The position numbers and the translations under genes are program-made. A stretch of DNA of 64,000 nucleotides from Chiloscyllium plagiosum (lineage: Eukaryota): the NCBI RefSeq assembly GCF_004010195.1, contig NC_057719.1, positions 11,284,507-11,348,506 of the forward strand, written 5' to 3'. Positions 24,464 to 37,304 of this stretch are shown piece by piece. The notes below the pieces were generated by a model. That model was not told the DNA's origin, did not search any database, and was given only the letters and a program-made list of their open reading frames with translations. Within the stretch, counting starts at the first letter, position 1. Each line of letters begins with the position of its first letter.

Positions 24464-25169
24464 ACAAATGGAACACCACCACTTGTAAGTTCTACACCAG
24501 GCCATACACCATCCCAATTTGGAAATACGATGCCCTTCCTTCAGTGATGCTAGCTCAAAATCATGGAATTCCCTCAATAACACGACTAAGGGTGTAATTA
24601 CTCCACATGGACTGCAGAGATTCAAGAAGACAGCTCACCATCACCTTCTCAAAGGCAATTAGGGATGAATAATGAATCAATTCCAGTTGGTCTGAAGTCA
24701 GATACAGGTTAGAACAAGTAAACATGACAGATTTCCTTGATGAAAGGGGATCAGTGAACCAGATGAGATTTTAAATAATATCAACAATGGTTATATGGTC
24801 AATATTAGACAAGCATTTATTTCCAATTCTGAATTTTATTGTATGTAAATTTCACCATCCATCATCGTGGTTTTTGAACCGATGTTGCCAGAAGATTTAC
24901 ATGGTGTTTGAATTACTGCTCCATGACACTATCCCTATGCACTGGAGGATGTGCAGAGAGAGCTCTCTTAATAGAAAAGTCTCACTAATCATATCATGGA
25001 AGGTGGCAATTTGGCCAATCCATTCCCTTTGAAAGATCTGCATAATTATTGTTACTTTGCTGCTCTTTCCCCAAATGTCCCCCATATTCAATTGTCTTTG
25101 TAAAATGTATTCTGTATATAACATATTCCAGACAGTAGCCCGAAGCGGTCTGTAAACTTTTTTCCAAAT

Positions 25170-26030
25170 TCAGAGGGTGGTGGTGGAGGGTTGCTTTTCA
25201 GACTGGAGGTGTGTGACCAGTGGAGTGCCACAAAGGTCGGTGCTGGGTCCACTGTTTTTCATCATTTATATAAATGATTTGGATATGAACATAAGAGGTA
25301 TGGTTAGTAAGTTTGCAGATGACACCAAATTTGGAAGCGTGGTGGTCAGCAAAAAAGGTTACCTGAGAGTACAGCAGGGTCTTGATCAGATGGGCCAATG
25401 GGCTGAGGAGTGGCAGGTGGATTTTAATTTAGACAAACGTAAGATGATGCATTTTGGAAAAGCAAATCAGGCAGGACTTAAACAGTTAATGGTAAGGTCC
25501 TGGGGAGTGTTGCTGAACAAAGAAACCTTGGGGTGCAGGTTCATAGCTCCTTGAAAGTGAAGTTGCAGGTAGATAGGATAGTGAAGAAGGTGTTTGGTAT
25601 GCTTGCTTTTATTGGTCAGAGTATTGAGTACAGGAGTTGGGAGGTCATTTTGTAGCTATACAGAACGCTGATTAGGCCAATTTTGGAATGCTGCATGCAA
25701 TTCTGGTCTCCTTGCTATAAGAAGGATGTTGTGAAACTTGAAAACGTTTAGAAAAAGATTTACAAGGACGATGCCAGGTTGGAGGATTTGAGCTATAGGG
25801 AGAGGCTGAAGAGGTTGAGGCTATTTTCCCTGGAGCATCGGAGGCTGAGGCGTGACACTATGGAGGTTGATAAAATCATGAGGGGCATGGATAGGGTAAA
25901 TAGACAAGGTCTTTTCCCTGGGGTGTGGGGAGTCAAAAGCTAGAGAACATCAATTTAGGGTGAGGGGGAAAAAAGGGGCAACGAGAGTGTTGCATGTATG
26001 GAATGAGCTGCCAGAGGAAGTGGTGGAGGT
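25170..26030 (+). mobile_element. CR1 RT fragment
   Basis: [33 protein letters not shown]; frameshifted. Confidence 0.9.
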
Positions 26031-27159
26031 TTGTCTCTGACTAGAAATGTTAGCTTGCTCCCTCTCCGTGGGTGCTGTCTGACCCGCCGTGATCTCCAGC
26101 ATTTGTTGTTTCTATCTCTGAAGGTAAACTGCAGCATTCAATTTGCTTTGTTGGTCTGTGACATGATGCTCCTGAACAATCTGCATTGTCCAAGAGGCCG
26201 AGTGCTGACATTAGTCGCGACATTAACAGAGACAATTCACTTGCTGTGCTGTTTGAGAACAATATCCACCTCTGGCAAGATTGCCAACATTGTCGAGTTT
26301 CAGAGAACAATCATGGAACTAGTCACTGCAAGTCTGATTTTTGAGCTTTTCATTTCTGTCTGAGAACAATAACATTTGGAGCATATGGAGTTGGACTAGG
26401 TTTATCGCCTGCAGTCAGCCTGTGACAGGTACACCACTTTGAAAGCTCCTTTCTTCTTAATAGCTTAGAGTTGCTGTGATGATACAAAGAAATGCTGCCA
26501 GCATCACTGGGTCTCCCAAAATTCAGTTCCTATCGATCAGAGCTAAAGCATTTTACTTTGCAAGGTGATCTTAGTCCTGAAAAATAACTTTTAAGACAAC
26601 TGAGAACATACCTGGGGAGAAAAATAATCAGCCTTAACACATCTCTGATTGAACTTTTCAATTGAAAACCAGGAGAAGAGCCAAACTCGCTAAAGAAAGG
26701 GTGACATTTTTTCAAAAAAAGGACCTCCATATATCACACTACATGGAGAAGCAGCGCCGTAGCCAGAGGAAAGACAGCCAGCCACAAGAAATCATTGAAG
26801 AATCATATTCTGAATAAACTAGAAAGGAAATATTCTGGGATTACGTCACAAATATATATAACTTTAAAGTTTAAATTTCAAAATAGTGGCATATTGGTGT
26901 TTGCACTCTTCAACGCTTTACAATAGTAACCAAACCACACTCTGAAATCATGACCTGATCAGTATATGTTAGAAAGTAATTGACTGCAAACCATCAGGAA
27001 TATTAAATGGAAGATTTGACACTTAATGGGAGTAAAAAAAATGAAAATGTTAGCTTGCTTTTGGTTTAGAATAATCAGGGAGAGGTTTTAGCTCAGAAAA
27101 ACCCACAAACTGAAAGCTTTTATGGGAGTCTGGAGCAGACCTAATTGGAGCCGAAACAA

Positions 27160-27358
27160 GAGCCGAAAAGCACAGCCAGTCAGGCAGCATCCGAGGAGCA
27201 GGAAAGTCAACATTTTGAGCATGAGCTCTTCCTGATGAAGAGCTCAGGCTCAAAACATCAACTATCCTATTCCTCAGATGCTGCCTGACCAGCTGTGCTT
27301 TTCCAGCACCATACCTTTCGACGCTGATCTCCAGCATCTGCAGTCCTCTCTTTCTCCC
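27160..27358 (+). mobile_element. PLE-derived fold-back insertion (family A) with HHR core at the hairpin apex
   Basis: ~67-bp arms 27165-27231 and 27237-27303, loop CTGAT. CTGATGA-A-GAGC-TCAG-GCTC-AAAA-CATC (CpG-decayed). Possible decayed TSD 27147-59/27359-71. Confidence 0.85.
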
Positions 27359-27725
27359 GGAGTCAAAGCAAACATAGTTTTCTCTTTGCGAAGGGAGCAT
27401 AGGACAGTTCAGGAAAAATACAGTCTTCTCGGGGTAAAGGTTTAGTTGGTGAAACTTCCAGACCAGGAATATTTCATTTGAAATTTGCAGATTGTTAAAA
27501 AACTGAAAAAAAAATCTAAGCTATCAGTTGTGTGACTATTTCTGCAAGAAGACTTCACAGTTCACAAGACAGATCTAGGGAGACGCAGTTCCATTAAACC
27601 TAAAAACATTTAATAGGAAGGGTACTTTCTCTGGATTTAGATCACTGTAAATTGATGGTGTTAAGGAATAGATTGTTATGCTGTGTGTTTTAACATCTTT
27701 CAGATGATGTTTGAAATTTGGACAC

Positions 27726-28191
27726 TGAAATAACTGCACAGAGGCCGGTATCCCGTCACCAAGTCAGCCTTTATTTACATGTGCACAATACACTGGCTGT
27801 GCTCAGCCAGCTCAGAGTCAGTCCCTGAACTCAGGAGACTCTGAATCCCCTGTTTATGTTTTTTTCTTTTTTTTATTACCCCCCCCCACACTAACTGGGG
27901 TAGTGTTTATTTTTTCCCCAGCACCCATGCTGTGTGTGTAGGTGTGAGACACAGTGAAAGATACAAGGTGCATGAATCTTTATTCAATTTCCACCACCAG
28001 GAAGAAAAGAAACACCCAAGTGGCCAGTGACAAGCAGTGCCCTTTCCATCATAGGGCAATGCTGTGTGATTAAAGAGTGAAGGGGAGATCTTCTGTTTAT
28101 ATCCATCAGCCAGGGCTTCCTGATTGTCCCAGGTTAACAATCCCAATGCGGGAGCTCATAGTCAATAAGAACCACTGGGTTCCAATCACTA
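27726..28191 (-). mobile_element. Short solo LTR (Gypsy-like), interrupted
   Basis: Minus strand ends AATAAAGGCTGACTTGGTGACGGGATACCGGCCTCTGTGCAGTTATTTCA. TSD not conserved; far boundary uncertain. Confidence 0.55.
27858..28092 (-). mobile_element. Poly(A)-tailed retroposed 3' UTR fragment (L1/Tx1-type)
   Basis: T-tract at left end, AATAAA motifs on minus strand, 8-bp TSD CTGTTTAT at 27850-57 and 28093-28100. Confidence 0.65.
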
Positions 28192-28297
28192 AATAAAAGT
28201 ATCAAGTCATCTTCCATTCTGCAGTTTGGCTTGACCAATAAGTAACGTCAGCTGGGATCGCTACAGCAACCTCATGCAGCTGCACAAAATATTAAGT

Positions 28298-28409
28298 TCC
28301 TATTGAAGGGCGCCTGCCAGAAACATCAGTTTTCCTCGGATGCTGCCTGACCTGCTGTGCTTTTCCAACTGCACTCTAATCTCCAGGATCTGCAGCCCTC
28401 ACTTTTGCC
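28298..28409 (+). mobile_element. Decayed PLE family A unit
   Basis: CCTATTGAAGGGCGCCTGCCAGAAACATC followed by GGATGCTGCCTGACCTGCTGTGCTTTTCC. Confidence 0.7.
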
Positions 28410-28850
28410 TTTACCAAGATGTTGCCTGGTCTGGAGGGAAGGTCTTATGAGGAAAGGCTGAGGGGCTTGGGTCTGTTCTCATTGGAGAGGAGGAGGCGAA
28501 GAGGGGATTTGATAGAGACATACAAAATGATCAGAGGATTAGATAGGGTGGACAGTGAGAGCCTTTTTCCTAGGCTGATGACATCTGCTTTTACAAGAGG
28601 GCATAGCTGTAAATTGAGGAGTGATAGATTTAAGACAGATGTCAGAAGCAGTTTCTTTACTCAGAGAGTGGCAAGGGCATGGAATGCCCAGCCTGCCAAT
28701 GTAGTTAACTTAGGGGCATTTAAACAGTCCTTGAATAAGCATATGGATGATGATGGGATAGTGTAGGGTGACGGGCTTAGATTGGTTCACAGGTCAGTGC
28801 AATATTGAGGGCTGAAGGGCCTGTTCTGCACTGTGCTGTTCTATGTTACA
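28410..28850 (+). mobile_element. CR1 3' fragment
   Basis: MLPGLEGRSYEERLRGLGLFSLERRRRRGDLIETYK..WNAQP. Confidence 0.9.
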
Positions 28851-29153
28851 TTACCTAGGTTTGTTCGATCATGACACGTAACCATTGTCAATTGTGATAA
28901 AAAGAAAACCCACCTGGTTAACTGATGATCTTTAGGGAAGGAAATCTACCATTTATACCTGATCTGGTCTGCATGCAACTGCAATCCCACAGGAATGTGG
29001 TTGACTCTTAACTGCCCTGTGAGTAATTCAAGATCGGCAAAAAGTGCTGGCTTAGCTAGCAACGTCTTCATTCCATAAGCAATTTTTTTCCTAAATCCTG
29101 AGGTTCCAGAGTCAAGTTTGAGAACTATGAGGGCTTCTCGCTTTTAATTCTGA

Positions 29154-29485
29154 GGCGGCATGGTGGCTCAGTGGTTAGCACTGTTGCCTCATCGTGCCAG
29201 GGACCCGGGTTCAATTCCTGCCTCGGGCGACTGTCTGTGTGGAGTTTGCACATTCCCCCTGTGTGGGTTTCCTCTGGGTGTTCCAGTTTCCTCCCACAAT
29301 CCAAAGATGCGCTGGTTGGGTGAATTGGCCATTCTAAATTGCCCATAGTGTTCAGGGCTGTGTAGGTTAGGTATATTAGTCTGGGGTAAATGTAGGGGAA
29401 TGGGTCTGGGTGGGTTACTCTTCGGAGGGTTGGTGTGGACTTGTTGGGCCAAATAGCCTGTTTCCACACTGTAGGAATTCTATAT
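29154..29485 (+). mobile_element. HE1 / V-SINE, full length
   Basis: Pol III A box TGGCTCAGTGG (29164-74), B box GGTTCAATTCC (29208-18), V-domain and CR1-like tail. Confidence 0.92.
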
Positions 29486-31708
29486 AATTCTATATATATA
29501 ATTGAATTGCACTGCTCTGCCACCTCTGGGGGCTTTGTCCAGCCAGACTGACAGAACATATTCTAGTATGGTGATCAAGAGTCTGAGTCATTGTTATTAG
29601 CTATAAATCAGACAGTATAATTATGTCACGTTGTTGCTTTGCTGGTCTGTGGCAAAATTCTCTCAATTTTGTCACAATTTCTGAGATGTGAGGGAGGAAG
29701 ATATCGGATGCTCAACCATGCTGGATATGCCTTTGTATCGATTCTGTTTAGTTTTACTTTTGCTAAGGCTTCTATAGCAGCTTTTCCACAGGTATTAAAG
29801 GCAAGCACATTTCTTTGTTCTGGAAAGACTGGGTAAGGATGGTGGATTTCTTCCCCAAATGGGATTAGCCATGGAGTCATACAGTATAGAAACAGGACCT
29901 TTGGCCCACCATATCTATGCTGACCAACAAACTACACTTATCCTATTTACCTGCATTGGGTGCATTTATACCAGGTCCTGGCATTTTAGGTGCTCATCAA
30001 GATGCTAACAGTTTTTACGAAATGTTTACAATGTTTACACATTCTGTAAACATAATGATCTAATTAATTCATAGCCACAATTAATAAATTTTTTTCATTC
30101 GAGATTTAGTTTGTTAACAGAATTGAAATTCATAAGCTGCCATGGTGGTATTTAAAATCATTCCTTTTGATGTTTAGTCCACACCTCTGTTACAAATTCA
30201 GTAACATGACCACATTACTGTCGCCACTTGTCCCATTTTAAATCACTTGCACACACTAAAATACAGGCAGTATTAGTCAAAATCTAAGGAAAAGGAAGGT
30301 TCCATGTTTTTGATAATTGCATCAGTGTCAAGTTCAAACTTAATTTTATACGTCTTCTTTCATTTCTTGACACAATCTCTTCACCATTTAAGGTTATAGC
30401 ATTTGAACAAAAGCAGAATTTTTAACTTCACAGAGTTGATTTTGTACCCCAAGTGTACATAGCAGTATTTAGCCAAGCTTAGCAAGCACTATTAGAGGCA
30501 TCTCGATCCTAAACTGTACTTAACCAAATACTGACAACTGCATACAGCCAAATCCTGTACACTCGTCAGCAAAGAATCTTTCCATATCCTTGTGACCTTG
30601 TACAAGCTAAAGTGATTGAAAATGTAAAATAAACAGAAGTGCAAGAGGTAAGCTGTCAGTACAGAAAACATGAGCACTTAAGATGATCAAAACAGAAAAG
30701 AATAGTAAGGACTCAAAGTTAAAACTCCAGCAGAAGAATGAATAATAGGATGCAATTTGTAGAAGAATCCAATTACTGTTAAAGCTATGTAAACTGTAGA
30801 CAGTATGTTCAACACTAGGCCGATCATTTAAAAGATAAGATGGGCAGAAACATTATCCATGACCCTCTTGCAGAATATTTTCCATAAATTAAAGTGAACA
30901 GCAATTTAAAAATAAATATTTTGGTCGCATTCCAGATCTAGCCACTGAATACAAAGTGAATCCAAGTTTTGTCTATGCTGCTGCAGACAGAAAAAAATCG
31001 ACAGAAGACAGATCATGGTCAGGCACCATGAGCAACGAATATCAACAGACATAGAGCTGACCAGATGGCTCCATCAGTGATGAATGTTGCGAGTGGTTTA
31101 TTGTCATTTCATGAGTGAAGACATTTATTGTAGCACATTGCTAGGCCAGACATTGATCTGTAACAGTTGGTGTGAATTCTCAACCAAATAAAGTCAATCT
31201 CTATGTGCATCTTTATGTTTCTTGTTGCCCAAGAAAATCTTTTGCAACTGTATTTTGAAATAATGGTCACAGTGATATTAAACCAGTAGAAAAGGAATGT
31301 TTTTATCTTAGCTTATCTTTCCCGTTTAAGGGTCTAACACTGGAGTAACATAGTCTGTATCAAGAGAAGTTGCCACAGAAGATCCAAATGCTGCCACAGC
31401 CTTGTCACAACCAAAATTAGAAAAACATTTACAGGAATAGAACATTAAACTGAGTTTTTGTCTGATGCCTCAAATGATGGAGAACACTTCTACTGCACTA
31501 TTTTGCAGGGAATTTAACCCTCGAGTCCCGACTAGTAATTGACCCTCAACATCGCTAAAATAGATTGCCTGCTCATCAGCATATTGTTTTAATGGGAGCC
31601 TGCTGTTCATAAATTGAGTCCCACATTTCCTGTAACAGCAATGACTGCATTTGAAAAGTATAATGACTGTAAAATACTTTGAAAATTCCTTCCGTGCCTG
31701 TCAACCAA

Positions 31709-31940
31709 GTCAAATGTCATGCAACACGAGGTTATAGTCAAACAGGTTTATTTGAAATCACAAGCTTCCAGAGTGCTGCTCCTTTGTCAGGTAAAGTGAC
31801 TTCATCTTGATTTCACCTGATGAAAGAGAAACCCTCTGAAAGCTTATGATTTCAAATAAATTGCTGGGACTGTAAACTGCTGTCATGTGACTTCTGACTT
31901 TGTCCACCCTAGACCAACACCAGCACCTCCACATCAAATG
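31709..31940 (+). mobile_element. PLE-derived fold-back insertion (family C) with hammerhead motif
   Basis: TCAC-CTGATGA-AAGAG-AAACC-CTCT-GAAA-GCTT-ATGA near 31813-31849, with an AAGCTT palindromic stem III; inverted partial copy at ~31720-31790. Perfect 10-bp TSD TGTCAACCAA at 31699-31708 and 31941-50. Confidence 0.8.
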
Positions 31941-32389
31941 TGTCAACCAACATCACCAAACACAAAAAGAAAATGGTCAATTGCTGTTTATGGGACCTAT
32001 TGCATGAAGTTAACTGTCACAGTTGTCAATGAAAACACTTCAACTGTAGCCAGTTGAAAATAAAACGATTATATAAATGAATACCTTTCTTCCTTTTACC
32101 AAAAGAGAAAATGGCAATCTACTTTGATAATGAAGATTCAGTGGACGTGATTTATTTAGATTTAAGCAAGGTTAAATGATTAGCTCACAAGGAGAGGAGG
32201 AGAACTTCTGAGTTGGACTAAAAATTGACAAAGCCAGGAAAGTAAAGCATGGAATAAAAACAAAATCTGGAAACATTTGACAGATCTGATAGCACCTATG
32301 GGGAAAGAAACAGGTAATGTTTCAAGCTGATCACTTTTCACCAGAACTCAAAGTCTAACTGCAAACTCCCCTGTTCTTTTACAAATAGT

Positions 32390-32491
32390 TAGAGACAGTC
32401 CTGAAGAAGGGTTACACCGAAATGTTGACTTCTCCACCTCCTGATGCTGTCGGCTTGCTGTATTCATCCAGCCTCCTGCTTGACTACCTTC
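32390..32491 (+). mobile_element. 102-bp PLE-derived HHR-bearing insertion
   Basis: AGTC-CTGAAGA-AGGGT-TAC-ACC-GAAA-TGTT-GACT with stem I AGTC/GACT. Perfect 10-bp TSD TACAAATAGT at 32380-89 and 32492-32501. Confidence 0.85.
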
Positions 32492-34355
32492 TACAAATAG
32501 TAACATGGGAGTGCAGCCTGTGTCATGGCTTAACATCTCATCAGAAAGAGGACACCTCCTCCAGTGCGGCACTTCTTCAGTTTTGCATTAATGTGATTAT
32601 GAGCTCATGGTTTGAACTAACGATCTTCTGGATTCATTAGCACTAGTGTTTTCCTAGGTGTTGAAATTTCTGACACATTCTTTAACAAAAGGTGGGTAGG
32701 GAATTGTAGATTCTGATGAAGTTGGTGGCACTTTGCCAGCTATTCAATGAGATACAAAGCCTCGCCTACCTCCCTTAGTTCCCAGTGGTTGCCGTGGAAA
32801 CAAGCCATCCTCCTCCATAATCTGGACTGTTGAAGAGCTATTGATGGATTGGATTCAAATTGAGGATTTTTGTAGCACATTAACAAAAATAAACTATTTT
32901 TGGCCCCATTTATGTGGATGTCAATTCGAATTGGAAACTCCCAGAGCTTCTTCCTCTTGTTCTTTCCTCAAAGGAGAGAAAGAAACAATGTACCTATCAA
33001 CTGTCTCATCAAAGACAGATAAGCGCTGGTAATAGATGATGGACAGTTAAATTGTGCATGAAATCTCTCAAGCTGTTTGATCATTTTTCCTACGCCAAAG
33101 ACAAAGACTCGATCGTTTTAGCCTCTTTGAAGAGAAATAATTTCTCATTTGAAATTCTTGCATTGGTGCGCTGTGGGGAAATGTTCCAAGACAAAATGCA
33201 TATTGATTCCAGATAATAGCTTCTATCAATTTTCAGAAATCCTTTTGTGTTCCTGGAGTCCCTTCTAAACAAGGAGTTTAAGATAGAGTCATACAATACA
33301 AGCAAGAGAGGAATGCATGTATACAAGCAAGTTACCTGTTGAATGGGCAACCTGTGCACCATTTACTGTCAGGATATTGGAACCACTTTTCAGCAATGTA
33401 ACCACAGGGACAAGAACTCCTGTGGCTCAAACTATATCAGTTCCAATAATAAAACACCTCTGACTAACCACACTAGCAAGCGATGAAGGAGTTCTCTATC
33501 GGGCCAATACTAGGCGAGGAAAAGGTCTGTTAATTTTAGCTTCCTGTGAAGAAGGGAGGAGTAAGCATCCCCCTAAGCAATCTCTTCCATTAACAGTAGT
33601 TGACGTTCAGTTGTTAATTTTAAATCTGAGATAATACATTTGCTGAACAAACATTTATCTAAGGGATCTAGGCCAAAGGCAGGAATATGGAGTTAGGTCA
33701 CAGATCAGCCATGATCATATTGAATAGTGGAACAGGCTCCAGGGAGCTGAATGTTTCCCCCCGTGTTCCTATATGAATTACGAACAGGAGAAAGTCATTT
33801 GGCCACTCAAAACTCTCCACCATTCAACACGATCATGGATAATCTGCTCCAGGACTCAGCTCCACTTTTATGCCAGCGCCTCAGAACCTCTAGAATTTCA
33901 AAACTCCATTAATCGTCTCTTTAAATGCCTTTGAGACAGTCGTTGTTGTAGAGAACTGTATTTATTCCCTTAACAATGCTATCCCAAATTACTACTAAAT
34001 TTCTCTTTTCTTCCCCTATTTGTCTGCCAATCTGTATCATGTTGTTGTGATCAGTTCATTCATCTTCCCTGCACTCTGTGCTGTCGTCCATTCTCAGAGC
34101 AATGGATAAGGGCACTGGCTAAGGTTCCTCTGATCCCAATACCTGCCTCACTGACAGATATACCCTCCTGTCCCCGACCATGGGCCAAATTAATGCAACT
34201 AATCCAAGAAGTGTGAATGTTATCACAACTCACTGCGTAGCACCATGGAATTCAAGCCCTACTCTTTTCACAGTCATTACCAAAAGTCTGTAAGAATGTT
34301 TATTGAATTCAAATTCCACCATCTGCCACAGTGGGATGTGGTCGTCAGAACATTA

Positions 34356-34556
34356 GTCAAAAAATGTGGTGCTGGAAAAGCACAGCAGGTCAGGCAGCAT
34401 CTGAGGAGCAGGAAAGTCAACATTTCAGGTGTAAGCCCTTCATCCTGAAGGGCTTATGCCTGAAAAGTTAATTTTTCTGCTCCTCGGATGCTGCCTGACC
34501 TACTGTGCTTTTCCAGCACCACACCCGACTCTCCAGCATCTGCAGTCCTCACTTCC
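34356..34556 (+). mobile_element. PLE-derived fold-back insertion (family A)
   Basis: 78-bp arms 34365-34442 and 34446-34523, 3-nt loop. 11-bp TSD TCAGAAC(A/G)TTA at 34345-55 and 34557-67. Inserted in a minus-strand family B SINE. Confidence 0.88.
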
Positions 34557-35099
34557 TCAGAACGTTACTTAGGTCTCTCGATTAATAGTCGAGCAATAAC
34601 ACCACTAAGCCATCGCCTCCCCTTCACTTGTAAACAACCCTTCAGCTCCAGTTCAGCTACACATTGCTGAAACCCACAACAAACAGAGGTCAGAACAGGT
34701 ATCACATTCCATACTTTCAAAAATGCAGCATTCTTGTAAGTATCTTGTTTTAAAACAGTTCTTTCTCATTTCAGTCCTCAGCTTTAAAAAACACAGAAAT
34801 AAAAAGACATAGTCTTTACACTGGTATGTGAAGCATAAACATCTGCATTAACCACTTAAATTAAAATGCCCTGTTTCTGTATTGCTAGCAGCATTATTAG
34901 ATTATTAGAGTAAAGAAAAAGTAAACCAGTTTACAATCTAGGTTGACAGTCGCCTCATTTGTGACATTAGACCAAGTCTCAATTTTGTATAACTGATGAC
35001 AAATAATACATGTTCTGATTTGTAAGGTCTACAGAACTCCAAGTAAGTCTCCAAACATGCTATGAATTACAAGGATGAAGCTAATCCCAGATGTCTGAT

Positions 35100-36005
35100 G
35101 GGTGAACATTAGCAAATTTGCTGATGATACAAAGGTGGGTGGCAGGGTGAAATGTGATGAGGATGTTAGGAGATTACAGGGTGATCTGGCCAAGATAGGT
35201 GAGTGGGCAGATGCATGGCAGATGCAGTTTAATGTGGATAAATATATGGTTATCCACTTTGGTGGCAAGAACAGGAAGGCAGATTACTACCTATTTGGAA
35301 TCAATTTAGGTAAAGGGGCAGTACAAAGAAATCTGGGTGTTCTTGTACACCAGTCAATGAAGGCAAGCATGCAGGTACAGCAGGTAGTGAAGGCGGCTAA
35401 TAGCATGCTGGCCTTCATAACAAGAGGAATTGAGTATAGAAGCAAAGAGGTGCTTCTGTAGCTGTACAGGGCCCTGGTGAGACCACACCTCGAGTACTGT
35501 GTGCAGTTCTGGTCTCCAAATTTGAGGAAAGACATTCTGGTCAATTCCTGGAATGGCGGGATTACCTTACACTGAAAGACTGAAGCGACTGGGCTTGTAT
35601 ACCCTTGAGTTTAGAAGACTGAGAGGGGATCTGATTGAGACATATAAGATTATGAAAGGATTGGACACTCTGGCAGCAGAAGCATGTTTCCGCTGATGGG
35701 TGAGTGCCGAACCAGAGGACACAACTTAAAAATATGGGGTAGACCATTTAGGACAGAGATTAGGAGAAACTTCTTCACCCAGAAAGTGGTGGCTGTGTGG
35801 AATGCTCTGCCCCAGAGGGCAGTGGAAGCCCAATCTCTGGAATCATTTAAGAAAGAGTTGGATAGAGCTCTCAAAGATAGTGGAATCAAGGGTTATGGAG
35901 ATAAGGCAGGAAGAGGATACTGATTAGGAATGATCAGCCATGGTCATATTGAATGGCGGTGCAGGCTCAAAGGGCTGAATGGCCTGCTCCTGCACCTATT
36001 GTCCA
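35100..36005 (+). mobile_element. CR1 5'-truncated copy
   Basis: [38 protein letters not shown]; 3' UTR AATGGCGGTGCAGGCTCAAAGGG. Confidence 0.92.
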
Positions 36006-37304
36006 ATGAACTAAAGTCAGCCCTGAGGATATCCCAATGACCTATCTTGGAAAATACATCTGAGCAGGCCAGTAATAAATGGTTTGGGTCTGAAATTGTG
36101 TGTGAACATGCTGGAAATACTCAGCAGCTCTGGCAGTCACCGTGGAGAGAGAAATGTTTCAGATCCGTCAGCTTTCACCAGAGGTTACAAACAGAGTTAG
36201 GCGGGGGGAATTCATTCCAAGGGATTATAGAGATTGGGGGTGTGAAGTGGGAAAGGGTGGAGATGGAGATAAAAGATGAGGGGATGCAAACACAAGGACA
36301 AAATTTGGACATTTGAAGCAGTGCAGATGGGAAGCTAAAGTAGGTCAGCAAATTCAGGGTTAAGGCGAACATGAAAGGGCATGGAAAACAGAGGTTTGGA
36401 TGAGCTAAAGTTTACAGCATTCATCACTTAGCCTTGGAACTGCCTTAAAGTAAAGAATTTATTTGGTAAAAATGCCCCAGAGCTCTCAGCAATATGTCGC
36501 AATATGCCACAGACCATAAAAGGGGAAAAATGGGCAAACTGAATGATAAACACATGAAAAACATTAAACAGTCAGAGAATAGAAACATTGGTGTCAGCTG
36601 CAAATCCTTGGAGAGATGTAACAAGTCCACAGAGTCAGAAGTGAGTTGTGGGTGCTTTATTGTAACAAGTCGTTGCCAGTGAGACTCTGCATCTCCTGAC
36701 AGTGTGCACAGCTGCAGCGCTGTCACATCACACAACCTGGCATAACTGCCAGGACAGGCCCACGTGTCTCCCCCTGAGACAGCCTGCACTGTCTCCCAAC
36801 TGTCACAGGCTACGAGTGATGGCAAGTCTCGTCCTGTCTGCTCCAAAAGTACACGTCGATTATTCTGCTGACACACTTATTAAATTATCATAAAACAAAT
36901 CCAATTAATATGATGGAGGCTGGGGCCAATGCATTTCAAACGTATGCCAACCAGCAGGCTTAATGCGGCCAGCTACATATGTTCCTCCTTCAGATTGTTC
37001 TGATTCCAATTCATTGCTTCGTGCAAAAATATGCAAGTCAGCACATTAGCACGACACGATGATTCATTCAAGTAATGAACTACATAATAAGAATAAAATT
37101 AACTCCCTGGCAGACTTGTTCTGTCTTATTTATAGAAATTTGCATATATTTCAATAAATCATCAGTAATTGAGGCAATATTTATTACATTGTTTTGAAAG
37201 TTGCTGTTCGATTTTCTGTCAGGTTAAAAGGCAGTATGACGTTATCGTGCTTTCACCAGGATTTAAGAAAATTCTCCTGGAGATATGCTCCACTGTCCTG
37301 TGTT

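Noticed and set aside
26530..26830. Minus-strand exon around CCCCAG|GTATGT at 26612
   Set aside because: Read as a donor, the upstream segment has stops in all frames from the nearest acceptor. Read as an acceptor, the phase-0 frame stops after 6 codons.
29154..29230. tRNA genes (also 51460-51535 and 59959-60030)
   Set aside because: The A/B boxes belong to SINE heads that continue into the V-domain and tail; no complete cloverleaf is supported.
34356..34556. Palindromic units as DNA-transposon MITEs
   Set aside because: TSD length varies (7-16 bp), arms are asymmetric with a one-sided tail, and the same sequence is attached to PLE GIY-YIG fragments.
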